Shown here: positions 24,486 through 37,584 of the stretch, in pieces | How positions within the stretch are numbered: the stretch's first letter is position 1 | How the letters are laid out: the number at the start of each line of letters is the position of its first letter | Assembly (NCBI RefSeq): GCF_001194135.2 | Contig: NC_068983.1 | Coordinates: forward strand, 84,338,397-84,402,396 | Reading direction: 5' to 3' | DNA length: 64,000 nt | DNA from: Octopus bimaculoides | Lineage: Eukaryota | Position numbers and translations under genes: made by a program | The notes under the pieces: generated by a model | The model's database searches: none | The model's input: the letters and a program-made list of their open reading frames with translations, nothing else | What the model was told of the DNA's origin: nothing

Positions 24486-24647
24486 GAACTGAAAAATGAG
24501 AAACATTCTACAAAATTCAAGTTAGAATCCAAAGAGTACATGGAAAAGCAATATAATGAAGAAATTTCGCTGCTCCAAAATGAAATAACTCAATTCAAAA
24601 AAGAGGTGGAGTCATACCAGAAACAAGAAGCTACTTTGAAAAGAGAA
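24486..24647 (+). CDS. SPDL1: Spindly coding exon 2 (ELKNEKHSTK...QEATLKRE)
   Basis: tgcag| ... |gtaagt, 162 nt, phase 0/0, heptad coiled-coil; NEKH aligns with human QEKY. Confidence 0.9.
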
Positions 24648-25039
24648 GTAAGTTAAATAGTTTTGTATGTGAATATATATACTCCCAGAATTTTGTAAAC
24701 TCATCAGCTTCATGATTAATGATATACAGGTTTGTTTTGTGGGAGGAGAAGGGATACTTATGCAATCATATATGTGCAGAATCTGTAATGACCGGAACCA
24801 AAGTTTCACAGTGAGTATTATGAAAATTCAAGGAAGGTTGAAATCATGTGGTCTCAGCATTAGACATGGTGGGGATTTATCCTCCCACTAGCGATATAAG
24901 CAAGAATGCATTTTGCACCAAAAGCCAATACAAGAGGTTATCTCCTGCAGTATAATTTGTTCTAACAGAACATCCACGTTTAAGTGGGCATAAATATTAC
25001 TTTTCAGTATTGATATTGCCTCTGTTAATATTATGAACA

Positions 25040-26130
25040 TTATGCTTATAGCAGAACTGGATTTTGAAGTGTAGTGCCAAAGTGGTGTACAGAATAGACA
25101 AAGAACTTAGATTCTTGAGGCCTCACTAACAGCTCTGCTATACTAGAACATGGGTGACTAGGTGATCTGTATGTTGTGGTTGTAGAAGTATTCAAGTTAA
25201 AGTTAGACAAATTACTCGGGAAGAGCTTATCCATACCACCTATAATTCTGGAACCAAAGGAATAAGTTACATCTTCATACACTTCCTCTTCATCAAAAAC
25301 CAATCATTGTAATTTATACCTTTTCCAAGCTGGCATGAGAGAAATGAGTCTGCAGTACACCATATTGTTGCTTCTGTCAAATTTATGGTATTTTAGTTGT
25401 GAGGCATAACATACTGAGGTCCAATCCCACCATTTCTTCCCTTGACTTCCTTTATCTTTAGCATTTATCAAGTCATCATTACATATTCATACTAACAGTC
25501 CCCTATCCTGCACATGTTGATCAATGCTTTTAATGCCCAGCTGTTCCTTCAGCCAACTTGTTCTCAGCTTGTCAAGAAACATTTTTCATACTCAAATCAA
25601 TTCTCTGGCCATTGCAAATTTTCTGAATTGAATGCACATCATATTTCTTACATATAAAAAAGGTGGTTTATATAAAACCACTTTTTTTGTCTATATAAAA
25701 CATATGTACCTTGTTACCAACAAAAGTAACTCCAAATGAACCTCTTCCACCTCAGTCCTACTTTGACTACCATATTCTCATTACTCCAGCACAAAGTAAG
25801 TTACATATCTAACAAACCATCAGTTATATCTCTAGTGAGCCATGTGGGTACTATATGTACAACATTTCACTGATACTCCTATTCCTATCTTGCACAGCTG
25901 AAGTCTGGTTCTCTTGTTTATTTGCCAGAAATCACTATACTTTTTTGAGTATCCATTGCATGCATTGAGTACACATAAAGTTGCTCTCTACTCTCTTCTA
26001 ATATATTGAGCAAGGCCATTTTTCAACTGGTACTAGGATTTTGTGCTCCTTATTTATGATTAGTACTCTGCTTTATCCCATGTTTGCCTAACAATGAACT
26101 ACATTTGTGCTATGGTGAAACCATAGCTGG
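25040..26130. mobile_element. Heavily decayed LINE fragments: CR1-like 3' end (+) and RTE-like (-)
   Basis: EVFKLKLDKLL on + resembles the CR1 copy at 52.6 kb; LKEQLGIKSI on - resembles the RTE C-terminus. Confidence 0.45.
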
Positions 26131-26165
26131 AACACTGAAACCTATACAAAGTACAAGAAAGAATA

Positions 26166-26579
26166 CCGTAAATCCTCAAGTATAATCTGCACTTTTTCCC
26201 CAAAATTTAAAGGTCAAAATTTCTAGTGCGTACTATATACGAGGTTAAAAATGAAAAATATTTTCTAAGCAAAATTTTCTAAGTGATAAATATGTAAAGG
26301 CAAAATATTTATTTTTCACGGACGTTATTATTGTTATTTCTTTATTTTCTGCAAAGTGCACAAAAAAGCTATATGCTTGCATTATGTTATATATACAATA
26401 ATAATAAAGGACGTTACCATATATACGTTTACAAATCAAGGACGTTATATAGACCTCCTTGACTCAAGTTAGAGAAGGGGTGCATATTATACACAAGGTT
26501 TAGGTTTTTCAGAGGCACAGCCACCTAAAAATCCCCTGCGTATTATACTCAAGGGTGGACTATACTCGAGGATTTACGG
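26166..26579. mobile_element. Tc1/mariner (pogo/Tigger-like) MITE
   Basis: TA TSDs and 19-bp TIR ccgtaaatcctc(a/g)agtata. Confidence 0.85.
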
Positions 26580-27705
26580 TATATACCTACTTATTTAATG
26601 CAATCAAAAGTCTGTCCAAACTCAAGAAATTTTTACTGTTTGAGTTGGGAGAGTCATTAATGTTGGTAAAAATGGCTTCCAACATTTGCTCCAGCTTTTT
26701 ACATTCTGAATTCAAATCCTTCCAAGGATGATTTTGCTTTTTGTTCCTCTGGGGTTCAATGAAATTGAATACCTGCCAAGTACATGGGCTCTGTCATGTC
26801 AATCAACCTCTCTCCTAAAAATTGCTGTGCTTTATGCTTAAATAAGAAATCCTTGTTTAGTCTATAGAGATACAATAAAAATCCCCAACCTTTTGAGGAC
26901 TTCATTAATTGGGATATAGTAACAGTTGGGGTATGGCTATTCATGTTTAGTTTGGACTTCAGGAGGTATTTGGTGGTAAAAACACAAAGGTAGTGTGGGA
27001 AATTCCAGAAGAGTAATATTTCAAGGAAGAAAAATCTGACAACATGCCTAATTCTGAATCTGGTGAGATGTAGTTTGGGTAACTGGAGGAACAGAGATTG
27101 TCCAGATTAATTTAGGTAAGTTCGGAGGACTGGCTACTATAATAGCTGCCAACATTTTCAGTATATTTTACACAGCAGTTATGATAAATCTGATTGAACA
27201 CTTCTTTTTTTACACATCATAACACTGAAGAAAAAAATTGCATATTAGTCATCAGAGATATTTTTGTAGGATTTTACATCTCATAATTAATGATATGCAT
27301 TAGACATGAATAAATATGATAGGTGCTGGTGTAGCTGTGTGGTTAAGAAATTTGTTTTATGGCCACATGGTTCTGGGTTCAATTTCACTACATGGCACCT
27401 ATGGCAAGTGTCTTCTGTATCAAAGCCTCAAGTTTTACTCATTCTTTGTGAGTGAAATTTGGTAAGCAGAAACTACAGAAGTCTGTCATGTGAATGTATG
27501 TTTGCAAATTTTTTGTGGCATTTACTTACACCTGAAAAAGAGATTGAGTTTACTTTGAATTACATTTAATAAATCAATCAATAAAATGAGTACCAGACTA
27601 ATACTGAAGTCAGTATAATAGATGGAAACCTTTGAAGATAGTACCCCAGCATAGCTACAGTTCAGTTACTCAAATCAGTGAAAGAGTGTGTATTGATTAT
27701 TTTTG

Positions 27706-27862
27706 TGAGGACTGGTGAAACCGGATGGCAACACCAGGCTCCAATCTAACTCTGCCAAATCAGATTGGAGCCTGGTGTTGCCATTCGGTTTCACCAGTCC
27801 TCAGTCAAATCGTCCAACCCATGCTAGCATGAAAAGCGGACGTTAAACGATGATGATGATGA
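27706..27862 (+). mobile_element. Very short RTE 3' insertion with a 42-bp fold-back at its 5' end
   Basis: 27706-27747 is the reverse complement of 27762-27803 (1 mismatch); (GAT)n tail follows. Confidence 0.9.
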
Positions 27863-27945
27863 TATATATATATTGTTTGTTATTGCTGTAACATGAAATG
27901 CAATCTTTCTTTATATTTGCATACAATTTGAATTAAATGATGCAG

Positions 27946-28140
27946 TTGAGAAACAAAGATGACTTACTTGAACAGTCAAATTTAAAGGAAGAACAATTAA
28001 CTACAACAATTAAAAATTTAGAAAAACTGCTCCTTGAGAAAACTGAAGAAGTTTCACATTATCCATCTCAAAGTTTATGCGATGATAATCAACAGCAAGT
28101 TGTACTGGAAAAAGAGGTGTTAGAACTTCAAACTGAATGT
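27946..28140 (+). CDS. SPDL1: Spindly coding exon 3 (LRNKDDLLEQ...LELQTEC)
   Basis: tgcag| ... |gtaagt, 195 nt, phase 0/0, open coiled-coil frame. The acceptor pyrimidine tract is somewhat distant. Confidence 0.85.
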
Positions 28141-28639
28141 GTAAGTGTCCCTTTTTTTTATTTGAAACATTGGCAACTAAAGAACCATTGAGCATAATGT
28201 CATTCTTATTATGTAAAATATTACAGTTGAATAATCAAACAGAATAAAATCCAATAAGCCATTTGGGATTTGTTTATTTAGAAGCATTCGGAAGTTATTT
28301 AATCTTTTCATCATTGTAATACATGATGCTAATGAAAAGTCATTGATTATGGGACCAAGATTAAAAATAATAATTTATCAGTATCTTAAAATGAAACAGT
28401 AGTGGAGTAGGTCAAGACAATACAGTGTCAGATTAAATCTTAATGTGGTTATCACTTCTAAACCTATTATATCTTACCTTTAAATATTTGTCAGCTACTA
28501 CTGTTGGAAAAAAAAAACATTCCAGGTGTGAAAAAAAAGAGCAAATAAATGTTAAAATAAGATCTGCTTAGAAGTAATGTTTAAATATAATGACTTATAA
28601 CATATCTCTCTCTCTCTTTCGCTCAACATTGCTTTACAG

Positions 28640-28789
28640 ACAAATTTGAAAGCTCAACTTATCAGCAGTCATGCTAACACAAATCGAGTGGAGGAGGAGT
28701 TGTTGAGGGTTAAAAGAAGACTTGATGAAAAACAGCAAGAATATGAAGAAGTAAGAAGTGAAATGAACTCCTATCAAAAAACTCTTGAG
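28640..28789 (+). CDS. SPDL1: Spindly coding exon 4 (TNLKAQL...SYQKTLE)
   Basis: tttacag| ... |gtatgc, 150 nt, phase 0/0; SYQKTLE aligns with human SYYNALE. Confidence 0.9.
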
Positions 28790-28930
28790 GTATGCTTTGT
28801 AAAGCCATTTACTTGATGTAAAGAATTAATGAAATTAGCTTCATGAGTTTCATCATAAAATATCAACTTCATTTAAGTGAGTAGTTTGGTGAATTGCACC
28901 CTTGAAATTGAAGAAGTCATTTATTTTTAA

Positions 28931-29138
28931 CCCTTTAGCATTTAAACCAGCCATATCTGGTCCAAATATTCTATCTGTTTTATGTTCGAACTGACCAAAT
29001 CTGGCCAACCATGTCATTCTGAAAAATAAACAATTTCATTGACGACTTCTCAAAGATACAAGATAATGCATGATTAATTCAAAACAATGTGAATAAAATA
29101 ATTATAACATTTGACAGAGTAATGTGAATGCTAAAGGG
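28931..29138. mobile_element. piggyBac-type MITE
   Basis: TTAA TSDs and 12-bp TIR ccctttagcatt/aatgctaaaggg. Confidence 0.85.
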
Positions 29139-29297
29139 TTAAAGTTTAATGACTGGTGATTTAATAAATCTAAATTACTCTTATAGTATCTCATATGTTT
29201 TGGTGTTATATCATTATCATCATAATTGTAATATGATATTCCTATTTTCCATGAAATTAGCTATATAATATTTAATTTTATATTTCTCTTATTGTAG

Positions 29298-29396
29298 ATA
29301 TCTCAAAGAGAAATCCTTGACTTAAAGGCTCAGTTGTATGCTGCTCAGATTGAGAACATGAATCGGCAAGACAGAGGCAATTCTCTTTTCTCTGAA
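29298..29396 (+). CDS. SPDL1: Spindly coding exon 5 containing the Spindly motif (…DRGNSLFSE)
   Basis: attgtag| ... |gtaagt, 99 nt; GNSLFSE matches the Spindly motif GNSLFAE. Confidence 0.95.
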
Positions 29397-30789
29397 GTAA
29401 GTACATTACAGCCTTATTAATTTATCTTGGGGATTTTTTTTTTTAGTCAATAAAAATTGAGTGCAAACGATTAGCTTGTAAGAAGTGTTCAAGCACTGTA
29501 TAAGGAAAAGCTGTTTTCTCTAATAGTTATTCTTGCAAAAAAAAAGTAAGGTCGTGTATGAATGAAATGTGAGTAATAGATGAACAGGGTATTCTAATGT
29601 GATCCACTGAATGTACTACAAGCTTCAACATTGGTAAATTGAGAGAATGATTATTGGTATTGCATATTAAAGGTTAGATATTAAATTGCACAGGTTAATG
29701 GTTGAAAGTGCATTAAATTGGAGATGAGTTGATGCAAGATTGAGACTTGTGTGGAAAAAAAAAACTTTTTCAGACTCTTTCAACCAGTTCAGCATAATAA
29801 AATGGTTATGATAATGATGTTAATGTTTGACATTGAGGAATTATATTTAAAACAAATTTTGTTGTATCAAATTTGTAATAAACTGGCTATTAATAGAATA
29901 TTATAGGCTATACTTAAATGTCACCATCATGTATTGTATGTTTTTGCAGCACGTTGATGACACCATGATGAGAGTCTTCCTGATTAACCATGAATTCTCC
30001 AATCACATAAAATCATAGTGTTACTTCATTCTGACTTTCATAGTATTTTCTTGGCAGAGATATTGGGATGGTTTGCCATTGCCTTCCACAACTGGATGGC
30101 TGTTAGCCCACAAGGAGCCCATCCACCCTTCAACAGGTCTTGTTTCTAATCTTATCAGGTGTCCGGACATCCTCATCACAAGAGTTGCAAGCTACTCGAA
30201 TTGAGGATCCAGTTCAGTTGCCGACTACTTGACCATAGAAGAGGTAGTACTGGTTTACATGGTATCCCTGACATGACTCATATAAATGGCTGTTATAAAA
30301 AATTAATGTAATCTTTTTATACGGTGTATTAGATCCATAATCCATTAAAGACTTAGTTGTTATACTGTGTATTTAGGATATCATCCAATCCCACTCTGTT
30401 ATAACCATGGGAAGTGTTGAATTGAGTATTTACAAGCTAGCCAACAAGAGTGTCTCTACTACATACTGTGAAACAGTGAAATGTTTCTTAAACCACAAAG
30501 TTACATAAGAAAAGGGAAGGACACATTAACTAAGGTATTCTTGGATACATTGTCCGAAAATCAGATGGTGTAGTTATAGCTAAAACTCTTTGATTATAGG
30601 TATTCTTGTTCAGAACTAACCTGGGGATAAACAAAACTCAAAGTATTAATAGTAGTGTGAATGTTGTATAATCAATGAGTACTTGTAATATTCACAACTA
30701 GGTGGACTAGGTCATTGAGTGTTATATCTCTGCCATTAACATGTCACAAGTGGTCACAGGTTATGAATTATTAATTGGTAGTCCAACTG

Positions 30790-32850
30790 ACCATCATCAT
30801 TTAATGTCCATTTTCTATGCTGCCATGGGTTGGACAGTTTGACAGCAGCCAGCAAATCTGTGTCAAGTTCAACTGTCTGCTTTAGCATGGTTTCTACAGC
30901 TGAATGCCCTTCCTAATGTTAACCACTCTACAGAGAATACTGGGTGCTTGCTACATGGCATCAGCAGCAGTAAAGTTGCCAAATAACTTATATGACTCTT
31001 CAAACTGAGTAGGAAGTAGTATTGATGTGAGTGGCTTTGTACCAAGTGATGAAAGGTTAGGATGTGAATAGAGTGACTGAAATAAGTATCTTGCAGTAAA
31101 GGAGACACATGGTTACTCCTCAGTAGGAAACAGAGGTGATTGGAGATGATGATGTGATGGTTGGGTACACTCAAGTTACAGGGTGGAGTATATAAGTGAA
31201 GTGGACCTAAGAATTGGATAGGCTGGGTAAGTTTGTGAGATTGCAAAAGGAGAGTGGGTGTTGGAGGGGAGAGAATATTGTGAGTGAACACAAAGGGAGG
31301 GTTTTATTAGGTAGGGACACACTGTGTGCTGGTAGGTTCGTGAGGGTACAAAGGGAGAATGGGAGATGGAGGGAATACAGTGAATGGTGAACTTAGGTGA
31401 GGAGATGTGGGAAGTGTTAGGAAGATGGGTTGTGCGGAAGAGATTTGTCAGGGACAGACTGTGCAGAATGTGCGCAAGGGCATGGGCATAAATGACCTAC
31501 CTTTATGACCTTCATTTTACTTAACTGGACTGGTCTTCTCAAGCACAGGAAATCACCAATCATCTCCCTCCTTTGTCATCTCTTCTGTAAGACTCAACAT
31601 CTGAAGATCATTTTTCACCACTTCATCCCACATCTTTGTGGTTCTTACTCTTCCACAGATTTCCTCCACATTTAGAGATCAGCATTTCTTTGTGCAGTTG
31701 CCTTCATTTGCATCACATGACCATACCAGTACTGTCTTCTCTCTCAACACATTGGTCTTTAACTCTGAGGTACTTTGATTCCAGTCATTGTTCTCTTCTT
31801 TACTTCTACTAAGATTCATCTATAAGAACAAGATTCATCAGCATAGAGAAGCTCCCATGGGCAACCAGCTTTAAATTTCTTTTATGGCCTGGAAGACTAT
31901 GATAAACAAAAAGCTAAGAACTGAGCCTTGGTGATCTACCTGCTCATTAAACTTGTTAACACACTCATTACTGACTTTCACTTTAATAATAACATCCCTG
32001 TACATGGCTTGGACAGCTTTCAGCATATCAATAAATACCAATTACAGCAGTTTATTTTTGGCTAAATGCTTTTGCTGTAGTTGCCTTACTTGGAAGATAG
32101 CATCAGTAGTGTTTATCCTGGCATAAAACCAAACTGCATCTCATCTAGGTTGACTCTCTTCCTAATTAGTTGAGCTATGACCCTTTTTGTAACTTTCCTG
32201 ACCTGGTCCAGAAATTTGATACCTCTATAATTACTTTTTTACCTTTGAGCAGTTAACTATGATACTGCTACTCCTTCCTGGATGGCATGATTAACTATAC
32301 AGGTGACTAGGCTGTATCCCACTCTGTCAGATATTTAAAGTATCTCAGTGGTGATTCCTGATGGATCAGGAACTTCCCCTTCATATCATTAATTATCTAT
32401 CATACAGTTGTCAACTTGGATAGCTGATCCCTCTGTTGGGTCCATATTAGGAAGGCCTTCCTTTTCCCATGCATTCCCCACAGTGAGCTGCCTTTCATAG
32501 GGACACTGCCTGGCCACTTCCTTTTCAGAGTCACTAAGTACAAGTGTACCAACATTCATTCAAACACACATCTCTCCTTCAACATCACAATTTTTTCTGA
32601 CTCACTGTTTTGCAATCCAAAACACCTCAATCCTCTAGTCCTCATACCGCTGACAAACTTTTTTCCTTTCTGCTTCTCCCCTAGCCAAGATTTACCTGTC
32701 ACGAAGCTTCTCTTCTAGCTACCTGATATAGTTCTTTGCTCCCCCAACCCTTCCAGTCCTTCCACACCTGTTTCTTTGCTCTTTGGCACTGTCTATTTCA
32801 CTGTTCTACCACCATGTTACACTAAATCTGGCTGGAACTTTACTCAAATC
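30790..32850 (-). mobile_element. Decayed RTE-LINE (RT domain to 3' tail) in Spindly intron 5
   Basis: Family 3' end at 30790; internal similarity to the RTE at 17.9-18.4 kb (the TWWN segment and the gatcccgtagagggaccagc-like segment). Confidence 0.75.
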
Positions 32851-34574
32851 CCTCCAGGTAATAAATGCCTTGACCCTTTGAAGAAAGACTCCTGTTGTAT
32901 ACCTTCATCAAATGAATATAATAGTTCAACATTTTCCAGATCATACTCAAGAAAGGAGTTGAATTTAGTACTACCAGCTAATTACTTTTTTAATTTTTAG
33001 CACTGCCACTCATTTTGGAGACTGTTCCCTCTAAGTTACAAAACTCGGTTGATTGGGCCATTTGCAAGTTAAGTGTCTTGTTCATACACAGAGGATATGT
33101 ATTGATAACATTTGCGGCCTTTCAGATTATTTAGTCTAATCTTATTAGATTAAATTAAAAGTCTTGTTCTATGTCAAGTTGTAGTTATCTCCCTTGGAAT
33201 AACAAATTGCAGCGAAAGTTTGCCGTATTTATTGATTCAGCAAGGGAAATATTTATTATCTACATCCAGCAAGAGAAATATTTATTACCCACATCATGTC
33301 AAAATTGCTGCTGTACCAAATTGATGGGGTCTCTAATCATTTACTACCTCTGATTATATTTATATAGAACAAGCAAGAGTTTGAATTTTGTTTTTGTATG
33401 ATTTTATAGACACAGGTTTGAGGTTATATCTTTTACCTTTTACTCGTTCAGTCATTAGGCTGCAGCCATGCCAGGGCACCTCCTAGAAATTTTAGTCGAA
33501 GGAATCGACTACTTTCTTAAGTCTGGTACTTATTTTATCAGTCTCACTTGCCAAACCGCTAGGTTATGGGGGTGCAAACAGACCAACACCGGTTGTCAAG
33601 CAGTCATGGGGGCTTAAACACAGACACATATACGACAGGCTTCTTTCAGTTTGTCTACCAAATCCACTCACAAGGCTTTGGCTAGCCCAAAGTTGTAAGT
33701 GGAAAGATGCCACAGAGTGGGACTGAACCCAGAACCATGAGATTGGGAAACAAACTTCTTACCACACAGCCATGCCTAATATATATTTATTAGTTATGGA
33801 GTTTTGAAAGGACAGTGAAATGGAATTGGAGTACTGAATGTAGGTATAAATCATTATAATGTAATGACCATGTTTAGAATTTCTAACTTACAGGTTTCAC
33901 TTGTCCAATCATCTGAACTACCTGTTCAATGAGTTTATGTGCAAATAGCTGACTATTCCACAGACGTAATCCTCAAGTGGATTCAATGTGACATAGCTGG
34001 ACTGAATTACAGGTAAAATACATCCAAAGACAGCCATACAGTTTCCATCTACCCAATATCATTCACTAAGTTTGGGTTGAACAGTAGATATGGTAAGACA
34101 CTTGCCTAAAATTTGCTGTAGTGAGCTTGAAACTGGGATTTTGTGATTGCAAAACAAACTTGTTAACCATTTGGCCATGATGCCTGTATATTAGGAACTT
34201 TAATGATGATTTAAGGTTTATTGAACAGATCCATGACTATTAGTAGTTGGGAACAAACATTTTTTTTTTTTTTTGCTTATGAAATCTTTTAATTCTGAGT
34301 TGGGAAAACAATTCTTATAATTTTTACAGGTCATAGATTGAAAGATAAACACAGTTGGAGTTCTTAACCCTTTAATATCAGAATTATAGGTGTTTTTCCT
34401 TTTCTCTCTTTTTTTTTTAAACCTACTGTTCTAACAATAGTGTTGGTAAAATCTACTCAGCAATACAAGCAGTTGTTTAGCTTGCAAAATGGATATCTTC
34501 AAATAAGGTAATAGTGACAGTCTCATTTGTTGCCCGAGATAAATTGTCATAAACATTTATTGACTTCATGAATG

Positions 34575-34609
<35 letters not shown>

Positions 34610-34888
34610 CTAAATTAAAGTACTAAAACTTGTAAAATGGCTCAACAAGATAAATGTGAGTTTCTTAAGACATAAAAGTCCATAACAGTTAATCTAAGAG
34701 CTATTACAAATGTATCCTAGGGTTCACTTTGGCAAAAATTGTCCACCCTTGTGATTTTATCTTTAAAATGTGACATTGTTGCAGATTTTACTGTCACCAC
34801 CAAAGAATTTTTTTTATTTTTGCTTATGGGCTTCTTTTTCATTTTTGATTTCAAAGCGAATGAAGAATGCAATTTATTTTCTTACTAG

Positions 34889-34999
34889 TTGGAAGATCGC
34901 CGAATTTCTGTTGAAAAAACATTAATGGCTCTACAAGAAAATTACCAAGTCTTGAAAGAGAAATATAATTTGGAAAAGCAACAAAATTATAAACTCAAA
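34889..34999 (+). CDS. SPDL1: Spindly coding exon 6 (LEDRRISVEK...NYKLK)
   Basis: cttactag| ... |gtatgg, 111 nt; LEDRR continues the motif (human VEDRR). Confidence 0.95.
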
Positions 35000-35319
35000 G
35001 TATGGAATAATGTTTTTATATTTTATGTTTAAACAGAGCAGAATGTTTACCTGTTCTTTAACAATAATGTAGGACAAACACCTTTCTTTGTATTTAAAAC
35101 ATTTCAAATATACTATTTTTTCTATAACTGTCCGATTGGGCATTCTGATTGTTTTCAGTACCATCTAACAACTCATTGAAACTTACAAATTAAGTATAAT
35201 AATTACTTTTTAAAAATTAAACAATTTGTATGTTTTACACATAGTCCTAATACATTTCATATTTATATTAACTATTTTTGGAGTGTTGGTTTTCATAATT
35301 TCCTCATTCTTACCAACAG

Positions 35320-35460
35320 ATGCAAACTATGTCATTATATCAAATGAACTCCAGCAAAGGAAATGAAACTGAACTGGAGTATCTCAATTGCAAGCTAACA
35401 CAATCACAGCATGAGATTAAACAGTTGCAAGAAAAAATTAAACACATGGAAAAGCATGAG
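35320..35460 (+). CDS. SPDL1: Spindly coding exon 7 (MQTMSLYQM...HMEKHE)
   Basis: caacag| ... |gtaagt, 141 nt; aligns with human LQIATLLQM...EIKHL...RNLEK. Confidence 0.9.
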
Positions 35461-36382
35461 GTAAGTTTAAGTCTAAAGATTTCTTTAATCTATTCATGGA
35501 AACCTTCTTATACCAAAGAATCATCATCGTTTAAAGTCCCTTTTTCCATGCTGGTATGATTTGGCATGAACAGACTAGGCAGAGGGCTGTGCCTGGTTGT
35601 AATGTCTGCTTTGGCATGGTTTATGCAGCTAGGAGCCCTTCTTGATGCCACCCACTTCACAGTGTACTTGGTGCTTGTTACATGACACCAACACTGAAAA
35701 TATATAAGTGGGCATTATTTAAATTAAATATTTGAGATCATGGAGCATTAAAATCTTGTATTTCTAATATCTACTTAAGTTAGGTAAACTAGATGACACA
35801 TTTTAATTTATTTTGAGGATTTAAGCTGGCAGATGCCAAGCTGATTAGTTAAAATATGACAATTCACTTTACCCCATAAGAGGTTTAAAGTCACTGTTCA
35901 CTTAATTGCAAATATGTTGCATAGTTAGGTAGAACTTACTGCTTACAGCAGTAGGGTTAAAATTCGTTTTTGTTTTATAGCTTAAGGACAAATGAGTGAT
36001 ATTCACAGTCTTTGCAACAACTCAAGGTGATGGTGACAAGGAAGGAAAAACTGCAACTCATCAAGTACTGTCCATCTGATGAACTTCTATACAATTTCCA
36101 CGATATGACTTGAGTTGACCTTAATTGTGATAGGTTACTTAACTGAAGTGCCACTTCAGACTAGTAACCGTGTGATTACTCAAGTACTTGACCATTCAGC
36201 CATGCTTGCACCCACCAGTGCCACATGCTGAAGAACTATTCAGCATGTGTCACTTTATTAATTAGCTTTTTAATTCATTTGAAATTATAGCTAGATAAAG
36301 AGTTTCTACCAGATGTATTACATGAAAATTTTGTTATTAATAGCATTCTTAGATTCTTCAGAGTACCCAACTGCTTCAATAA

Positions 36383-36738
36383 TTTACATGTGATCGTTAC
36401 CAGCATTGCCTTCCTGGCACTTGTGCTGGTGGCATGCGAAAAGACATTCGAGCGAGATCGTTGCCAGTGCCGCTGGACTAGCTCCTGTGCAGGTGGTATG
36501 TAAAATACACCATTTTGAGCATGGCCGTTGCCAGTACCACCTGACTGGCCTTCGTGTCGGTGGCACGTAAAATCACCCACGACACTCTCGAAGTGGTTGA
36601 CGTTAGGAAGGGCATCCAGCTGTAGAAACTCTGCCAAATCAGATTGGAGCCTGGTGTAGCCATCTGGTTCACCAGTCCTCAGTCAAATCGTCCAACCCAT
36701 GCTAGCATGGAAAGCGGACGTTAAACGATGATGATGAT
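36383..36738 (+). mobile_element. RTE-LINE 3' end (young-looking copy)
   Basis: Near-consensus 3' UTR with (GAT)n tail; possible TSD aat(a/g)attta. Confidence 0.85.
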
Positions 36739-36957
36739 AATGATTTAAGAAAATAACAACGGAAATCATCATAATGAAATGAAATATTGACAAACAGCTT
36801 TCAAGCAATCCCGAGTGACAGTATTTGAAGTTAACTATGACACCTTATTGCTATGCAAATTTTTAATGAGTTGTCTTTCATGCATTGATGAATATCTTGT
36901 AAATATGCTGTTATTTCTGTTTTGGGAAACATCTAGATGTTTATCTTTACTTTTTAG

Positions 36958-37058
36958 TCACAACAGATTGACAAACTAACAGATATTCAAAAGACATTTG
37001 GAACCAAAGAAAATCAAGGTTTAATCGACTTTTTGAAGTCTTTAAATGATAAAAAACA
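36958..37058 (+). CDS. SPDL1: Spindly coding exon 8 (SQQIDKL...LNDKK)
   Basis: tttttag| ... |gtaagt, 101 nt, phase 0/2. A second in-frame CAG 9 nt downstream is a possible alternative acceptor. Confidence 0.85.
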
Positions 37059-37399
37059 GTAAGTTGTTTTATGTCTATGCTTCCATTGTTGTATGCAATA
37101 AACAGGTCTGCTAAACTGCTGTTCTAATTTCCATGGTCATTGTATTTGTTAATTATAAACATAATTTCTGCCAATCCTCACTCTAGTTTTTATAATTATA
37201 TATTTTATATACATGTTTACATGAATACTAAAATTAACATAATATAATCAAATGTTTTGTTTTTGTTTTTTTTTCTGCAAATTCATGTTCCACTAAATTT
37301 ATATGCAAAATAATATATACTGCAATACCTTGGTTATGTAATTTAATCACATTATTTATGCTGTTAGGCACAACTTGTATCTGCAAATATCTCTTACAG

Positions 37400-37584
37400 G
37401 AATGACTTACAGGCTACTCAAGAAAGACTAAACAATCTAGAAATGCAGTATATACAAGAATCACATCAAGTTATTGACTATATCAAGAAATTACGTCTGG
37501 CTGAAGAGCAGATAGAGGCTTTAAGTTACAGAAACATGAAGTTGAAGCTACAAATTGATGAACTTCTCTCAAAATATAAACCAG
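37400..37584 (+). CDS. SPDL1: Spindly coding exon 9 (…RNMKLKLQIDELLSKYKP)
   Basis: cttacag| ... |gtattt, 185 nt, phase 2/1; matches human ENMKLRAKLDELKLKYEP. Confidence 0.92.

Noticed and set aside
25046-25303. ORF with VRPQESKFFVYS, reminiscent of group II intron RT
   Set aside because: The opposite strand reads as a CR1-like LINE 3' end, and no RT core motifs are present.
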